64,000 nt of DNA from Pedobacter sp. GTDB lineage: Bacteria > Desulfobacterota > Desulfuromonadia > Desulfuromonadales > Syntrophotaleaceae. Below, piece after piece: positions 30,893 through 41,425 of this stretch (position 1 is its first letter; each line of letters opens with the position of its first letter). Both the position numbers and the translations under genes were made by a program. The notes under the pieces are model-generated. The model searched no databases and had not been told where the DNA came from. It saw nothing but the letters and a program-made list of their open reading frames with translations. Location of the stretch: positions 192,001 through 256,000 of the forward strand of contig JBFWJC010000002.1 of NCBI GenBank assembly GCA_050253415.1, read 5' to 3'.

Positions 30893-32536
30893 ATGAAACA
30901 ACCCAGTACGATAAGCGAATACCTCATCAGCCGCCTGATTGATTATGGAGTCGGCCATGTCTTTGGCGTACCCGGCGATTATGTGCTGCAGTTTTACCAA
31001 CAACTGGAAAACAGTCCCCTGCGCGTCATCAACACTTGTGATGAGCAGGGTGCCGGTTTTGCGGCCGACGCCTATGCCCGACTGCGCGGTCTCGGCGTGG
31101 TCTGCATTACCTACTGCGTCGGCGGGCTCAAGATCGCCAATACCACCGCTCAGGCCTTTGCCGAGAAGTCGCCGCTGGTGGTGATCAGTGGTTCTCCGGG
31201 CTTGGGCGAGCGCCACCACAATCCGCTGTTGCACCATAAAGTGCGCGATTTCGACACCCAGCTCAACATCTTCCGGCATCTTACCGTGGCCGCCACCGAT
31301 CTGATCGATGTCGAAAATGCCTGCTGCGAGATCGACCGGGTACTGGCCGCCGCGGTTCGTCACAAACGACCGGTTTATATCGAGCTGCCCCGCGATCTGA
31401 CCGGGATCGTTTGCAGTTGTGCCCGCAACCCGCTGCCCCAGGCTTCGGGCAGCGATCCCCATGCCCTGCGGGAGGCGCTCGCCGAAGCGGTGCACAGGAT
31501 CAGCGATGCGAAGCGCCCGGTGCTTGTCGCCGGGGTTGAAATTCAACGCTTCGGTCTGCAAAAACCTTTCATGCAGCTGGTGGAAGCTACCGGCATCCCG
31601 TTTGCCACCACCCCGTTGAGCAAGTCGACCCTGTCCGAGGACCATCCCCTGTTTGTCGGCGTCTACGAAGGGGCGGTCGGCAAGGAGCAGACGCGCCAGA
31701 TCGTGGAACAAAGCGATTGCCTGCTGATGCTCGGTGCGTTCATGACCGATGTCAACCTTGGGATCTTCACCGCCAATTTGGATCAGGCTTTGACTGTTTC
31801 CTCCTCCAGCGATGGCAGTTCCATCGCCTTCCACCAATATCCCGACGTTTTGCTGGATGATTTTCTGTCCGGCCTGCTCGACCAGGATTTGCCGCAAAGG
31901 GCTCTGACTGTCAGTGAAACACCTGCAACGCCGCCAGCATTTGAGGCGCAGGATAAGCCCATCACCATTGCCCGCCTGTTCGAATATCTGGAAAGTTTCC
32001 TCGATAACCATATCGTGCTGTTGGCCGATCCCGGCGAAGCCATGTTTGCCGCCGCCGATCTGACCATCCGCCACCCGTCCGCCTTTCTCTCCCCGGCTTA
32101 CTACACCTCCATGGGGTTTGCGGTGCCCGGCGCCATCGGCGCCCAGCTTGCCCGCCCTGATCTGCGCCCCCTGGTACTGGTCGGCGACGGCGCTTTTCAG
32201 ATGACCGGCATGGAAATCTCCACCGCCGCCCGTTTTGGCCTGTCGCCGATCGTGGTGGTGCTCAACAACGGCGGCTACGGCACCGAACGGCCCATGACCG
32301 ATGGCGGGTTCAACGATATCCCCGCATGGCGCTACAGTCGATTGCCGGAGGTGATCGGAGCAGGCCAGGGTTTCGAGGTGTTTACCGAACAGGATTTCGA
32401 CCACGCCCTCCAGTCCGCCATGGAGCGTACCGACACACCGACTATCCTTGATGTGCATCTTGACCCCAACGATCAGTCGCCGGCGTTGAAACGTCTTACC
32501 GACGCTCTGGGCAAGAAGGTGAGGGGGGAAGCCTGA
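30893..32536 (+). CDS. TPP-dependent 2-keto acid decarboxylase (indolepyruvate/pyruvate decarboxylase family)
   Basis: FGVPGDY, CDEQGAGFAADAYAR, LLHH, GDGAFQMTGME..NN. Confidence 0.93.
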   Translation: MKQPSTISEYLISRLIDYGVGHVFGVPGDYVLQFYQQLENSPLRVINTCDEQGAGFAADAYARLRGLGVVCITYCVGGLKIANTTAQAFAEKSPLVVISGSPGLGERHHNPLLHHKVRDFDTQLNIFRHLTVAATDLIDVENACCEIDRVLAAAVRHKRPVYIELPRDLTGIVCSCARNPLPQASGSDPHALREALAEAVHRISDAKRPVLVAGVEIQRFGLQKPFMQLVEATGIPFATTPLSKSTLSEDHPLFVGVYEGAVGKEQTRQIVEQSDCLLMLGAFMTDVNLGIFTANLDQALTVSSSSDGSSIAFHQYPDVLLDDFLSGLLDQDLPQRALTVSETPATPPAFEAQDKPITIARLFEYLESFLDNHIVLLADPGEAMFAAADLTIRHPSAFLSPAYYTSMGFAVPGAIGAQLARPDLRPLVLVGDGAFQMTGMEISTAARFGLSPIVVVLNNGGYGTERPMTDGGFNDIPAWRYSRLPEVIGAGQGFEVFTEQDFDHALQSAMERTDTPTILDVHLDPNDQSPALKRLTDALGKKVRGEA

Positions 32537-32573
32537 ACAGGGAGCGGTTAGCTGGTAGTTTCCTGGGGAGTAT

Positions 32574-33170
32574 ATGCAATATCTGATCGAACACTACGGA
32601 TACCTGGGGATACTGATCGGTACTTTTCTGGAGGGCGAAACCATCCTTATCCTGGGCGGGTTTGCGGCGCATCAGGGGTACCTGGGCTTGCCGGGAGTGG
32701 TTTTTTGCGCCTTCGCCGGATCCCTTTGCAGCGATCAGCTGTTGTTTTTTTTGGGACGGAGGCACAGCCAGTGGCTGTTGCGCAGACGCCCGAACTGGGA
32801 GCCTCGGATTGTCAGAGTGAAAAATCTTATCGTTCGCTATCGGATTGCTATTATTCTGACTTTCCGTTTTTGGTACGGACTGCGTATCGTCACGCCTTTT
32901 TCCCTGGGCATGAGCAAGGTTCGATGGCCGGAATTTATTATCTTCGACATTTTCAGTTCAGTACTGTGGGCGACTGTGATCGGTTACGCCGGCTATCTTT
33001 TCGGTCATGCCCTTAAAATTGTTCTGGGAGATGTCATGCAATACGAAGCGTTGGTTATACTGGGGCTTGCCCTGGTCGGATTGTTCCTCTGGGGAGGACA
33101 CTTGTTGCGAAAAAGACGGCATCCTGGTTCCGTCTCCGAAAATCTGCAGGATCCCCGTGATGACGAGTAA
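32574..33170 (+). CDS. DedA family membrane protein
   Basis: 'YGYLGILIGTFLEGET', 'RFWYGLR'. Confidence 0.92.
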   Translation: MQYLIEHYGYLGILIGTFLEGETILILGGFAAHQGYLGLPGVVFCAFAGSLCSDQLLFFLGRRHSQWLLRRRPNWEPRIVRVKNLIVRYRIAIILTFRFWYGLRIVTPFSLGMSKVRWPEFIIFDIFSSVLWATVIGYAGYLFGHALKIVLGDVMQYEALVILGLALVGLFLWGGHLLRKRRHPGSVSENLQDPRDDE

Positions 33171-33351
33171 GAATTTAGTGGATCCACACATGATTTTGCT
33201 TCCACAAGAAAGATTGGATTACGTTCAAAAAGAAATTTTGATATGCTGGGCACACGTTTCCGCTCAACAGGTAAGCTGCAGGAATTATACATAAATCGCC
33301 TGCATGGGATCTATTCTGTATCAATACCCAACGGATAGGGAGAGGAAGATC

Positions 33352-34446
33352 ATGGCGCAAAAACAGGGACTCAGATTCATTGTTATTGCCGTTTTGTTGC
33401 TTCTCGGGGTCTGGTGGTCACTGGCCTTGGCGGACAAGGGGGCAGGGCAGTTCGGCTATCCGGGGGGCAGGTTTATGGCAACAGCCGCCTGGCTCAGCCA
33501 GCACCAAAACGATACCAACCTTATTATCGTGGATGTCCGCGAGGGCAAGGATTTTGACGGCAAACTGATCCCGGGTGCGATCCACATGCCCTGGTCTGAA
33601 TTTCGCTATACCGATACGGCCCGCGGGATCGGCGGCGCTTTTGTCGGTCCGGTTCGGGCCCAGGAGATTCTCGGTGCCCATGGTATTACCCGCGCCGACG
33701 AGGTGATACTGTACGATTCGGTCAAAAAAGATGGCGGCGCCACGGCCTCCTATGTGTTCTGGGTGCTCGATCTGCTCGGTCATCAGAAGATGCGCATTCT
33801 GGATCGTGGGATCGATGCCTGGGTGGTGGCCGGGAACCAGCTCGCCACCGAAGCGCGGCAGCTAGAGCCTCTGCTCTACCAGGCGCCGACCGCCGAGATC
33901 GATCTGCGTCGGCAGGTCGACGGGGGTTTTATCTATGACCGTCTCGGCGATGCCTACTACCAGATACTGGACGTGCGCTCCCAGGAGGAGTACCTGGGTG
34001 AAAAACCGAACCCCGCTCTGGACGGCTCGGAATTGAAGCTTGGACATATCCCTACCGCCGTCAACCGGGAATACCGAAGCAACTGGGTCGACCCGGAAAC
34101 CAAAGCGGTCAAATCCTATGCGGATCTGCAGGAGCATTACCGCGGACTCAACCCGAATACGGCGGTGATCACTTACTGCCACTCCGCCCGCAGAGGGTCT
34201 TACGGTTACTACATCCTGCGCCTGATGGGCCTGCAGGACGTGCGGCTCTACGACAACTCCTGGTACGAGTGGGGCAACCCGCAGCTGTACTTCCCCACCG
34301 AAACCCAGCCGCGCGAATTTGCCGGTCAGGCTCTGCCGGCAGGCGATATGACCAGCGTCACCGGCACCACTGTCGCGCCGGCCGGCGCAGCCAAGGCCGG
34401 GGACGCCAAGCAGCCCAAGGGCGGCTACATCTCCTGTGGAGGGTGA
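33352..34446 (+). CDS. Exported tandem-domain rhodanese/sulfurtransferase
   Basis: Signal peptide; 'LIPGAIH', 'GHIPTAVN', active loop YCHSARR, 'YDNSWYEW'; C-terminal YISCGG. Confidence 0.9.
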   Translation: MAQKQGLRFIVIAVLLLLGVWWSLALADKGAGQFGYPGGRFMATAAWLSQHQNDTNLIIVDVREGKDFDGKLIPGAIHMPWSEFRYTDTARGIGGAFVGPVRAQEILGAHGITRADEVILYDSVKKDGGATASYVFWVLDLLGHQKMRILDRGIDAWVVAGNQLATEARQLEPLLYQAPTAEIDLRRQVDGGFIYDRLGDAYYQILDVRSQEEYLGEKPNPALDGSELKLGHIPTAVNREYRSNWVDPETKAVKSYADLQEHYRGLNPNTAVITYCHSARRGSYGYYILRLMGLQDVRLYDNSWYEWGNPQLYFPTETQPREFAGQALPAGDMTSVTGTTVAPAGAAKAGDAKQPKGGYISCGG

Positions 34447-34450
34447 CGGT

Positions 34451-34978
34451 ATGAAACAAGATAATAATTCCCCCTACTGGAGCGTGATGCCCGCCGCCAT
34501 GGCGCTGGCCGGCATCATCGTATTCATCTTCGCCACCTTCGGCCCACCGGCCTCATCCAGCGGTTTCATTACCTTGCTTAAAGGGGTATTGGCCCCTCTG
34601 GCGCCCGGTTACATCGCCACCAAGCAGCATTACCTGATGATGCCCGGACCCGGCTCATGGCTCATGGCCTTCGTCCTGGGGATGGCTATCGGCGGCTTCA
34701 TCGCCGGCCGGACCTTTGCGGTGCCGGTACGCGATGTGCCGGAGCTGTGGGAAAAACGTTTCGGCACGAGTCGCGTAAAACGTTTTCTGGCTGCGTTCAT
34801 TGGCGGGTTTCTGATTCTGTTCGGTGCGCGGCTGGCCGGTGGCTGTACGTTGGGTCTGTTCATCTCCGGCTCCACCCAACTGGCCATAAGCGGCCTCTAC
34901 TTCGGTGTCGTCATCTTTGCCGTGGCCATGCTTACCGCGCGCCTGGTGTATGGAAGAACAGGAAAGGAGAAGTCATGA
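34451..34978 (+). CDS. YeeE/YedE family sulfur-compound transporter subunit
   Basis: 'FGARLAGGCT' motif; TM helices. Confidence 0.9.
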   Translation: MKQDNNSPYWSVMPAAMALAGIIVFIFATFGPPASSSGFITLLKGVLAPLAPGYIATKQHYLMMPGPGSWLMAFVLGMAIGGFIAGRTFAVPVRDVPELWEKRFGTSRVKRFLAAFIGGFLILFGARLAGGCTLGLFISGSTQLAISGLYFGVVIFAVAMLTARLVYGRTGKEKS

Positions 34979-35511
34979 CGCTAATTTTGCTTGGACTCTT
35001 TTCCGGGATCGCTTTCGGATTCGTCATTCAGCGGGTCGGGGCCACCAATGCCAACAAGATGGCCTTGGCGCATCTGATGCGCGAAGCGCAAATCCCCCAA
35101 TTCATGCTGCTGGCGGTGGCCTTTTCCGCCATCGGCCTGTTCGGTCTGCAGGCGGTCGGCGTGGGGCGCACCATGGTTTTGCCGACCAGTATCGTCGCCA
35201 CCGGCCTGGCCGCCGTCATTTTCGGTGTGGGTTGGGGTATTTCGGGCTATTGCCCGGGCACTTGCTGGGCAGCCGCCGGCGAGGGGCGCATGGACGCTGT
35301 GTTTGCGCTGCTGGGAGGCTTGGCGGGTGCGGCAACTTTTGCCCAGTTTCACGAAACCCTGATTCCGGCCCTGTATCTGCCCACCAGCCAGGGGCCCATC
35401 ACCCTGAGTGACTGGCTGGGCAGCAGCTGGCTGGCTGTGGTCGCGTTGGTTGCAGCCATGAGTGGCGCCACTTGGCTGGTCGGAAAGTTGTGGGGCCGTG
35501 ATAGCGCTTAG
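34975..35511 (+). CDS. YeeE/YedE family sulfur-compound transporter subunit
   Basis: 'GIAFGFVIQRVG', 'IFGVGWGISGYCPG'; ATGA overlap. Confidence 0.9.
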   Translation: MTLILLGLFSGIAFGFVIQRVGATNANKMALAHLMREAQIPQFMLLAVAFSAIGLFGLQAVGVGRTMVLPTSIVATGLAAVIFGVGWGISGYCPGTCWAAAGEGRMDAVFALLGGLAGAATFAQFHETLIPALYLPTSQGPITLSDWLGSSWLAVVALVAAMSGATWLVGKLWGRDSA

Positions 35512-36124
35512 CCGCTGGGGGATTTTACTGCTGGCGGTCCTGTTGCTGCTCACCGCTTGCCGGGAGGGGGCACCGCCCGCAGCGGAGTTGGTCATACCCC
35601 GCGGTTACGTTGCGACTCTGGAGGTTGAGGTCGACGGCCAGCGTTACGGTTTCGGGCCGTTTGTAGGCTATTATTTTCGGCCCCTCGATCCGGCCGATCT
35701 GAGCCGCGTTGCGTTCATCTGTTTCAACGAGCGGCGTTTTTATACCCTCGATCTGCCGGAAAACAGCCGGCTGTTCGAAGGGGAAGGGGTGTTGGTGCGG
35801 CTGCCCGACAAGGGTTACCCGCTGCCTGCCGTCGGCGGGCGCATCCGGCCGGTCTTGTTCGACCAGGCTCCAGCAGCCTGGCTGGCAACCCGGCCTGCGC
35901 CGCAGGATGAATACGTCCATTTCCATTCCCTGTACAATGCCGCCGGCCCGGTTCTGCGCGGTTACTGGCTGCGCCATCGGGCGACTGCCTCGTTCCTCTA
36001 CGATATGGGGGGACGGGTCGGACCGGAAGGGCCGCTCTACCACCAGGTCGTGCCGGGAGTTGACCGCAGCTTCGCGCACCTCATCGAGTTTGACTGGGGA
36101 CCGATGTATGCAAGCATGCAGTGA
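35498..36124 (+). CDS. Uncharacterised lipoprotein
   Basis: Lipobox LTAC after a hydrophobic stretch; overlaps upstream stop; HFH motif. Confidence 0.7.
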   Translation: MIALSRWGILLLAVLLLLTACREGAPPAAELVIPRGYVATLEVEVDGQRYGFGPFVGYYFRPLDPADLSRVAFICFNERRFYTLDLPENSRLFEGEGVLVRLPDKGYPLPAVGGRIRPVLFDQAPAAWLATRPAPQDEYVHFHSLYNAAGPVLRGYWLRHRATASFLYDMGGRVGPEGPLYHQVVPGVDRSFAHLIEFDWGPMYASMQ

Positions 36125-36201
36125 GAGGCTCCCGGATGAGGTACCAGGGTTGGAAGAACAGCATCCGCGAGAGTCCCTCAGCAGTGCAGCAAACGACAAA
36201 A

Positions 36202-36771
36202 TTATCCCTGTAATCCGGAGGGAATCGGGCAGACGCTGGAATAATGATCTTTTTTGTCTCCGAGCAGACCCTGCCAACCCTGAATGATGGCCGAACAGGG
36301 CGGAGGGGTCTCGCCCTTGTGCCCCCCAAGGGATGCGACCATGGCCGGAGGAACCAGTTCGCGTCGACAGACAAAAGCGGCCCGCGCCAGGGATACGGCA
36401 TGCAATGTGCCGGCTGTCTCGAAGCGTTGTTCGAGGTAAAAATATTTATCGTCCCAGGTTACAATGCGGGTAGTGATGTCGAATTTGCGCAACGGCGGCA
36501 ACGGACGGATGAAGGTGATCTCGGTGGCGTTGAGTACCGGTAGCCAGCGCCGTCGCAACAGCGGTCCCAGCAGTTTCATGCGTGCCAGGTGTTCGATGCG
36601 GGCCACATCGAGCAGGCTGAAATAGCGACCGTTGGTCAGGTGTAAGTTGAAGTCGCAGTCGCTTGGCAACACCCGGAAGGATCTGCGGAAAACGTCCGTC
36701 AGTTCCGTTCCCGATCTCTGGCGTCTCAGCAGTCTCAACAGCATCCACAGCATGCGAAAATAGAGATTCAT
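36202..36771 (-). CDS. Hot-dog fold thioesterase family protein
   Basis: 'DCDFNLHLTNGRYFSLLDVAR', 'WDDKYFYLEQRF'. Confidence 0.88.
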   Translation of the reverse strand: MNLYFRMLWMLLRLLRRQRSGTELTDVFRRSFRVLPSDCDFNLHLTNGRYFSLLDVARIEHLARMKLLGPLLRRRWLPVLNATEITFIRPLPPLRKFDITTRIVTWDDKYFYLEQRFETAGTLHAVSLARAAFVCRRELVPPAMVASLGGHKGETPPPCSAIIQGWQGLLGDKKDHYSSVCPIPSGLQG

Positions 36772-37066
36772 CGTTGGATCCCCTATAAATAATTAGTATC
36801 CATAAGCTACTCCGCCGTTGCCTGCGGAGGCAAGCGCAATATTACGTATTTATACCTGTTTTCTGTTTCCCGGATAACTCCTTTCTCGATCCTGCCCGGT
36901 CTGCCTTACCTGTTTGACAACCATGTAAATAGCGTAACAATTAAATAAAAGAACATAATGAATGGGATGATCGACCAGCTTCGGTTTCATTGCGCACTGG
37001 ATTCCGGGCAGAGTGGAAACCGAACCATGTCCGGACGTTTTCATCCCGTGGTCAGGAGGAATTTCA

Positions 37067-38896
37067 ATGAAACATGCCCCTCACGACGAAAAACACGCAC
37101 TTGAGGCGGCCGAATCGGCTCGCGAAACAATTTGGCGGCAGCCGAGTTTCATCGGTGAACTGTTCCTCGGTCGGTTGCGTAGCGAACTGGTGCTGCCCTT
37201 TCCCGTTCAGGATGACGCCGACCGCCAGGCCGGTGATGAAGTCCTGGTTCGCCTGAAAGCGTTTCTGATCGAAAAGGTCGATGCCGACCGCATCGATCGG
37301 GAAAAGCAGATCCCTGCTGAAGTTATCGACGGCCTTCGAGAATTAGGATTGTTCGGCATCAAGATACCGAAGGAATACGGAGGGCTGGGACTCTCTCAGA
37401 TCAACTACAACCGCATCATTCAGATGGTGGCCAGTCATTGCGCCTCTACCGCGGTACTGATATCGGCACATCAGAGTATCGGCGTTCCCCAACCGCTGAA
37501 GCAGTTTGGCAGTGACGAGCAGAAACGCCAATACCTGCCGCGTCTGGCGGCGGGCGCGGTCAGTGCTTTCGCTCTGACCGAACCGGAGGTTGGTTCGGAT
37601 CCCTCACGAATGGCAACCCTCGCAATCCCGGTTGAAAATGGCGACGCCTATCTTATCAGCGGACAGAAACTGTGGACCACCAACGGCCCCATTGCCGACT
37701 TGCTTATCGTTATGGCTCGCACCAACGATCCGGCGGAGGATCGGCCGGAAATCACCGCTTTCATCGTCGAGGGTGATAGTCCGGGTTTGACGACACGGCA
37801 CCGGTGCGATTTCATGGGTCTGAAGGGTATTCAGAACGGCCTGCTCAACTTCGACCGGGTTCGTGTACCGAAGGAAAATATTCTGCAGGGTATCGGTCGG
37901 GGCCTGGCCCTGGCCCTGCGCACCCTCAACACCGGGCGTTTGACTCTGCCGGCGGCCTGTGGCGGGGCGATGAAACAGGTCCTGGCTATGTCCCGCAACT
38001 GGGCCAATGAACGTGTCCAGTGGGGGGTGCCGGTAGGGCGCCACGAAGCGGTGGCCGCCAAATTGGCAGCCATGGCCACCGATTTGTATGCGGTGGAAAG
38101 CTTGACCTGGCTGACCTCGTCCCTGGCAGACAAGGCCGCGACGGATATTCGCCTGGAAGCGGCCATGGCCAAGATGTTTTGCAGCGAAGCTCTGTGGCGC
38201 ACGGTCGACGCCGGAATGCAGATCCGTGGCGGACGTGGGTACGAAACCGCCGATTCGTTGCGTGCCCGGGGCGAAAAACCGATGCCGATGGAGCGCCTGC
38301 TGCGTGACGCGCGGATCAACATGATCATCGAAGGCACCAGTGAAATCATGCGCTTGTTCATCGCCCGGGAAGCCCTTGATCCGCATATGAAGGTCGCCGG
38401 GGTTTCGCCGACTTCGCAGCGCATCGACATGCTCGGTGCGGCGAAATTTTATGCCGGCTGGTATCCACGGCTGTGGGTGCCTTCATTCGGCACCCCGGGG
38501 GATGCGGCGGTTGCCGCCCCGCTGCGCCGGCATCTGCGCTTTGTGCAGCGCGCTGCCAGGCGTTTGGCCCGCGACCTGTTCCACATGCTGGTTTTGCACC
38601 GTCAGGGGCTGCAAAGAAAACAAATGGTACTGGGACGGCTGGTCGATAGCGGCGCCGAGCTGTTTGCCATGACCGCGGTGATCTCCCGGGCCTCGGCACC
38701 GGACGCAACACAAGGCGTGGAACTGGCCGGGCTTTTCTGCCGCATGGCACGGCGCCGGCTGCGCCAGCTGCATCGAGGTCTCTACAGCAACGACGACAGC
38801 CGACTGCGTCCACTGACAAAAAAAATTCTGGCAGGGGAGCTGGACTGGCTGGAGGATAACATCGTGAGTGGTTGGAAAGGGGAGGGATCATGCTGA
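37067..38896 (+). CDS. Acyl-CoA dehydrogenase (FadE/VLCAD-like)
   Basis: AFALTEPEVGSD, KLWTTNG, QIRGGRGY, IIEGTSEIMR. Confidence 0.93.
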   Translation: MKHAPHDEKHALEAAESARETIWRQPSFIGELFLGRLRSELVLPFPVQDDADRQAGDEVLVRLKAFLIEKVDADRIDREKQIPAEVIDGLRELGLFGIKIPKEYGGLGLSQINYNRIIQMVASHCASTAVLISAHQSIGVPQPLKQFGSDEQKRQYLPRLAAGAVSAFALTEPEVGSDPSRMATLAIPVENGDAYLISGQKLWTTNGPIADLLIVMARTNDPAEDRPEITAFIVEGDSPGLTTRHRCDFMGLKGIQNGLLNFDRVRVPKENILQGIGRGLALALRTLNTGRLTLPAACGGAMKQVLAMSRNWANERVQWGVPVGRHEAVAAKLAAMATDLYAVESLTWLTSSLADKAATDIRLEAAMAKMFCSEALWRTVDAGMQIRGGRGYETADSLRARGEKPMPMERLLRDARINMIIEGTSEIMRLFIAREALDPHMKVAGVSPTSQRIDMLGAAKFYAGWYPRLWVPSFGTPGDAAVAAPLRRHLRFVQRAARRLARDLFHMLVLHRQGLQRKQMVLGRLVDSGAELFAMTAVISRASAPDATQGVELAGLFCRMARRRLRQLHRGLYSNDDSRLRPLTKKILAGELDWLEDNIVSGWKGEGSC

Positions 38897-41265
38897 ATAT
38901 CCGTCGAACCGCGGTGATCGGAGCCGGAATCATGGGCTCCGCCATCGCCGCTCATTTGGCAAATGCCGGTCTTGAGGTGCTGCTGCTGGACCGGGTACCG
39001 GAAACCCTGACCGATGAAGAACAGCACCAGGGCCTTACTCTGGAAAGTCCCGCGGTGCGCAACCGGTTGGCTCGACAAGGCCTGGAGCGGGCCATGGACG
39101 CCAAACCTGCGGCATTTTTCACACCCCAGACGGCACGCCGGGTGATTACTGGCAACGTGACCGATGATCTGCCCCGGCTGGCCGATTGCGATTGGGTGAT
39201 CGAAGCCATCGTCGAACATCCCAAGGCCAAACAAGAGCTCTTCTCCCTGGTGGCGCCTCATCTGGCAGCCGGGGCTATCCTGTCAACCAATACCAGCGGT
39301 TTGTCGGTCAGTTCTTTGGCCGAACATCTGCCCAAGCCGCTCAGACCGCGTTTTCTGGGGAGTCATTTTTTTAACCCGCCGCGCTATATGGTTCTGCTGG
39401 AACTGATTCCCACCCCCTTTACCGATTCGCAGCTGGTCGCCGAACTCGGAGCGTTCGGCCGGCGGCGGCTTGGCAAGGGCATCGTGGTCGGCAAGGATAC
39501 CCCCAATTTTGTCGCCAACCGCCTCGGTGTGTTTGTCATGTTCAATGCCATGCGCCATGCGCAGGAACTCGGTCTGTCCTTTGCCGAGGTCGATGCTATC
39601 GCCGGACCGGCCATGGGGCGGCCCAAGACCGCAGTATTCCGCACCGCCGACCTGGTGGGGCTCGATACCTTGGCGCAGGTGGCGCGCCACTCCTATCAGT
39701 TGCTTAGCGGAGACGAAGAGCGCGAGGCCTACCGGATTCCCGATTTTCTGGCGCAGATGGTTGAAAACGGACGACTCGGCGACAAGACCGGCGGTGGATT
39801 TTATCGCCGGGACAAACAGGGCAAGCGCATGGTTTATAATCCGGACGCCGGCGACTATCTGCCTCTTGAGAAGCCGGTTTTCGCCAGCCTGGCCAAGGTG
39901 AAGGGGATCGCCGACCCCGGCCGGCGCCTGGCGGCGTTGATCGCTGAAGATGATCCGGCCGCACGTTTCGCCTGGTGCCACTTGCGTGACATCCTGCTTT
40001 ATGCGTTGCGGCGGGTGCCGGAAGTTACCGACCACATCGAGGATATGGATCGGGCCATGTGTTGGGGTTACAACTGGGAAATCGGTCCCTTCGCCATACT
40101 CGATGCCATCGGTGTGGAAACCTTCATCCGGCGGCTCGAACGAGATGGGGTCGCGGTGCCGGAAGCCCTGCTGCAGGTGCCGGCTTTCTACAAACTCGAG
40201 GCCGATCGAAAATCTGTCTGGGATACGGTTGCAAATAACTACCGGGCGGTTTCCCCGGAAAAGGGAGTGCTTTCTCTCGATCTGATCCGGGCCAGCGGCG
40301 GGGTCATGGAACAGGTTGCCGATGGTTCGCTACTCGATCTCGGCGATGGAGTGTTGTGCCTGGAATTTCATGGCAAGAAAAACACCATCGGTCCCGAGTT
40401 GCTGGACCTGACTCGTCGTGCGGTACAACGTGCCGAGGACGAGGGGGTGGCGCTGGTGATCGGCAACCAGGGTGAGCTGTTCTCCGCCGGAGCCAACCTG
40501 GCCTTATTGACTGAGGCCATGCAGCAGCAGCGTTACGACGCTATCGACGAGATGCTACAGAATTTCCAGAGTGCCACCATGGCCCTTAAATATGCCCGGA
40601 TCCCAGTGGTGGCTGCGCCGTTCCAACTTACTCTGGGCGGCGGTTGCGAATATGTGCTGCACGCCAGCGCGGTCACCGCGCATGCCGAAACCTATATGGG
40701 GCTGGTAGAGGTCGGAGTCGGACTACTGCCGGCCGGAGGCGGCACCAAGGAGCTGGCCTTGCGCGCCCTGGCCCTGGCCGAACGGTATCAGACCGATCCT
40801 TCGCCGTATCTGTTCAAGGCTTTTGAACAGATCGGTATGGCCAGCGTCTCCAAATCGGCAGATGAACTGTTCGCCCTTGGTTATCTGCGTCCCGGCGACG
40901 CAGTGAGCATGAACCGCGACTGCCTGCTCGGTGACGCCAAGCGTCAGGCATTGGGGCTGGCTGCTACTTTCCGACCGCTGATGGCCGGCGGCAATTGGCC
41001 GGCCCCGGGCCGCAGTATAGCGGCGACCATGAAAAGCCGCCTTTGGAATCTGCGCATGGGGAAATTCATCAGTGAATACGACGAGCTCATTGGCGGACTC
41101 ATCGCCGATGTGCTGTGCGGCGGAGACCTGGCGGCAGGTACCCCGATCACCGAGGATTACCTGCTGGAACTGGAACGGGAAAATTTTCTGCGGTTGTGCG
41201 GGGAAGCTCGTACCCATGAACGCATCAAGCACATGCTTGTCACTGGCAAGCCGTTGCGTAATTGA
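38890..41265 (+). CDS. 3-hydroxyacyl-CoA dehydrogenase/enoyl-CoA hydratase (FadN-type)
   Basis: GAGIMG, STNTSG, HFFNPP, crotonase FSAGANL and LGGGCE. Confidence 0.93.
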   Translation: MLNIRRTAVIGAGIMGSAIAAHLANAGLEVLLLDRVPETLTDEEQHQGLTLESPAVRNRLARQGLERAMDAKPAAFFTPQTARRVITGNVTDDLPRLADCDWVIEAIVEHPKAKQELFSLVAPHLAAGAILSTNTSGLSVSSLAEHLPKPLRPRFLGSHFFNPPRYMVLLELIPTPFTDSQLVAELGAFGRRRLGKGIVVGKDTPNFVANRLGVFVMFNAMRHAQELGLSFAEVDAIAGPAMGRPKTAVFRTADLVGLDTLAQVARHSYQLLSGDEEREAYRIPDFLAQMVENGRLGDKTGGGFYRRDKQGKRMVYNPDAGDYLPLEKPVFASLAKVKGIADPGRRLAALIAEDDPAARFAWCHLRDILLYALRRVPEVTDHIEDMDRAMCWGYNWEIGPFAILDAIGVETFIRRLERDGVAVPEALLQVPAFYKLEADRKSVWDTVANNYRAVSPEKGVLSLDLIRASGGVMEQVADGSLLDLGDGVLCLEFHGKKNTIGPELLDLTRRAVQRAEDEGVALVIGNQGELFSAGANLALLTEAMQQQRYDAIDEMLQNFQSATMALKYARIPVVAAPFQLTLGGGCEYVLHASAVTAHAETYMGLVEVGVGLLPAGGGTKELALRALALAERYQTDPSPYLFKAFEQIGMASVSKSADELFALGYLRPGDAVSMNRDCLLGDAKRQALGLAATFRPLMAGGNWPAPGRSIAATMKSRLWNLRMGKFISEYDELIGGLIADVLCGGDLAAGTPITEDYLLELERENFLRLCGEARTHERIKHMLVTGKPLRN

Positions 41266-41293
41266 GGTTCAGGTAAAGAGAAAAGGCTTATGT

Positions 41294-41389
41294 CACCACG
41301 AAGAGTGACTAAGTCCAGGGAAAAAATTTCAAGGTAAAAGGGGGCTGTCCAAATAGCTTTTCTTCATGTTCTTCTTGTCCTTCGTGGTG
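41294..41389. repeat. Intergenic palindromic element (CACCACGAAG..CTTCGTGGTG family)
   Basis: 10-bp terminal inverted repeat; 9-nt-periodic arm like 58027-58060. Confidence 0.7.
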
Positions 41390-41425
41390 TGAAGATAAGC
41401 GAATACATAAAAATTGGAGGGCATC

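Noticed and set aside
34430..34460. Selenocysteine read-through at the rhodanese TGA
   Set aside because: The next gene starts 4 nt later and no SECIS-like hairpin is evident.
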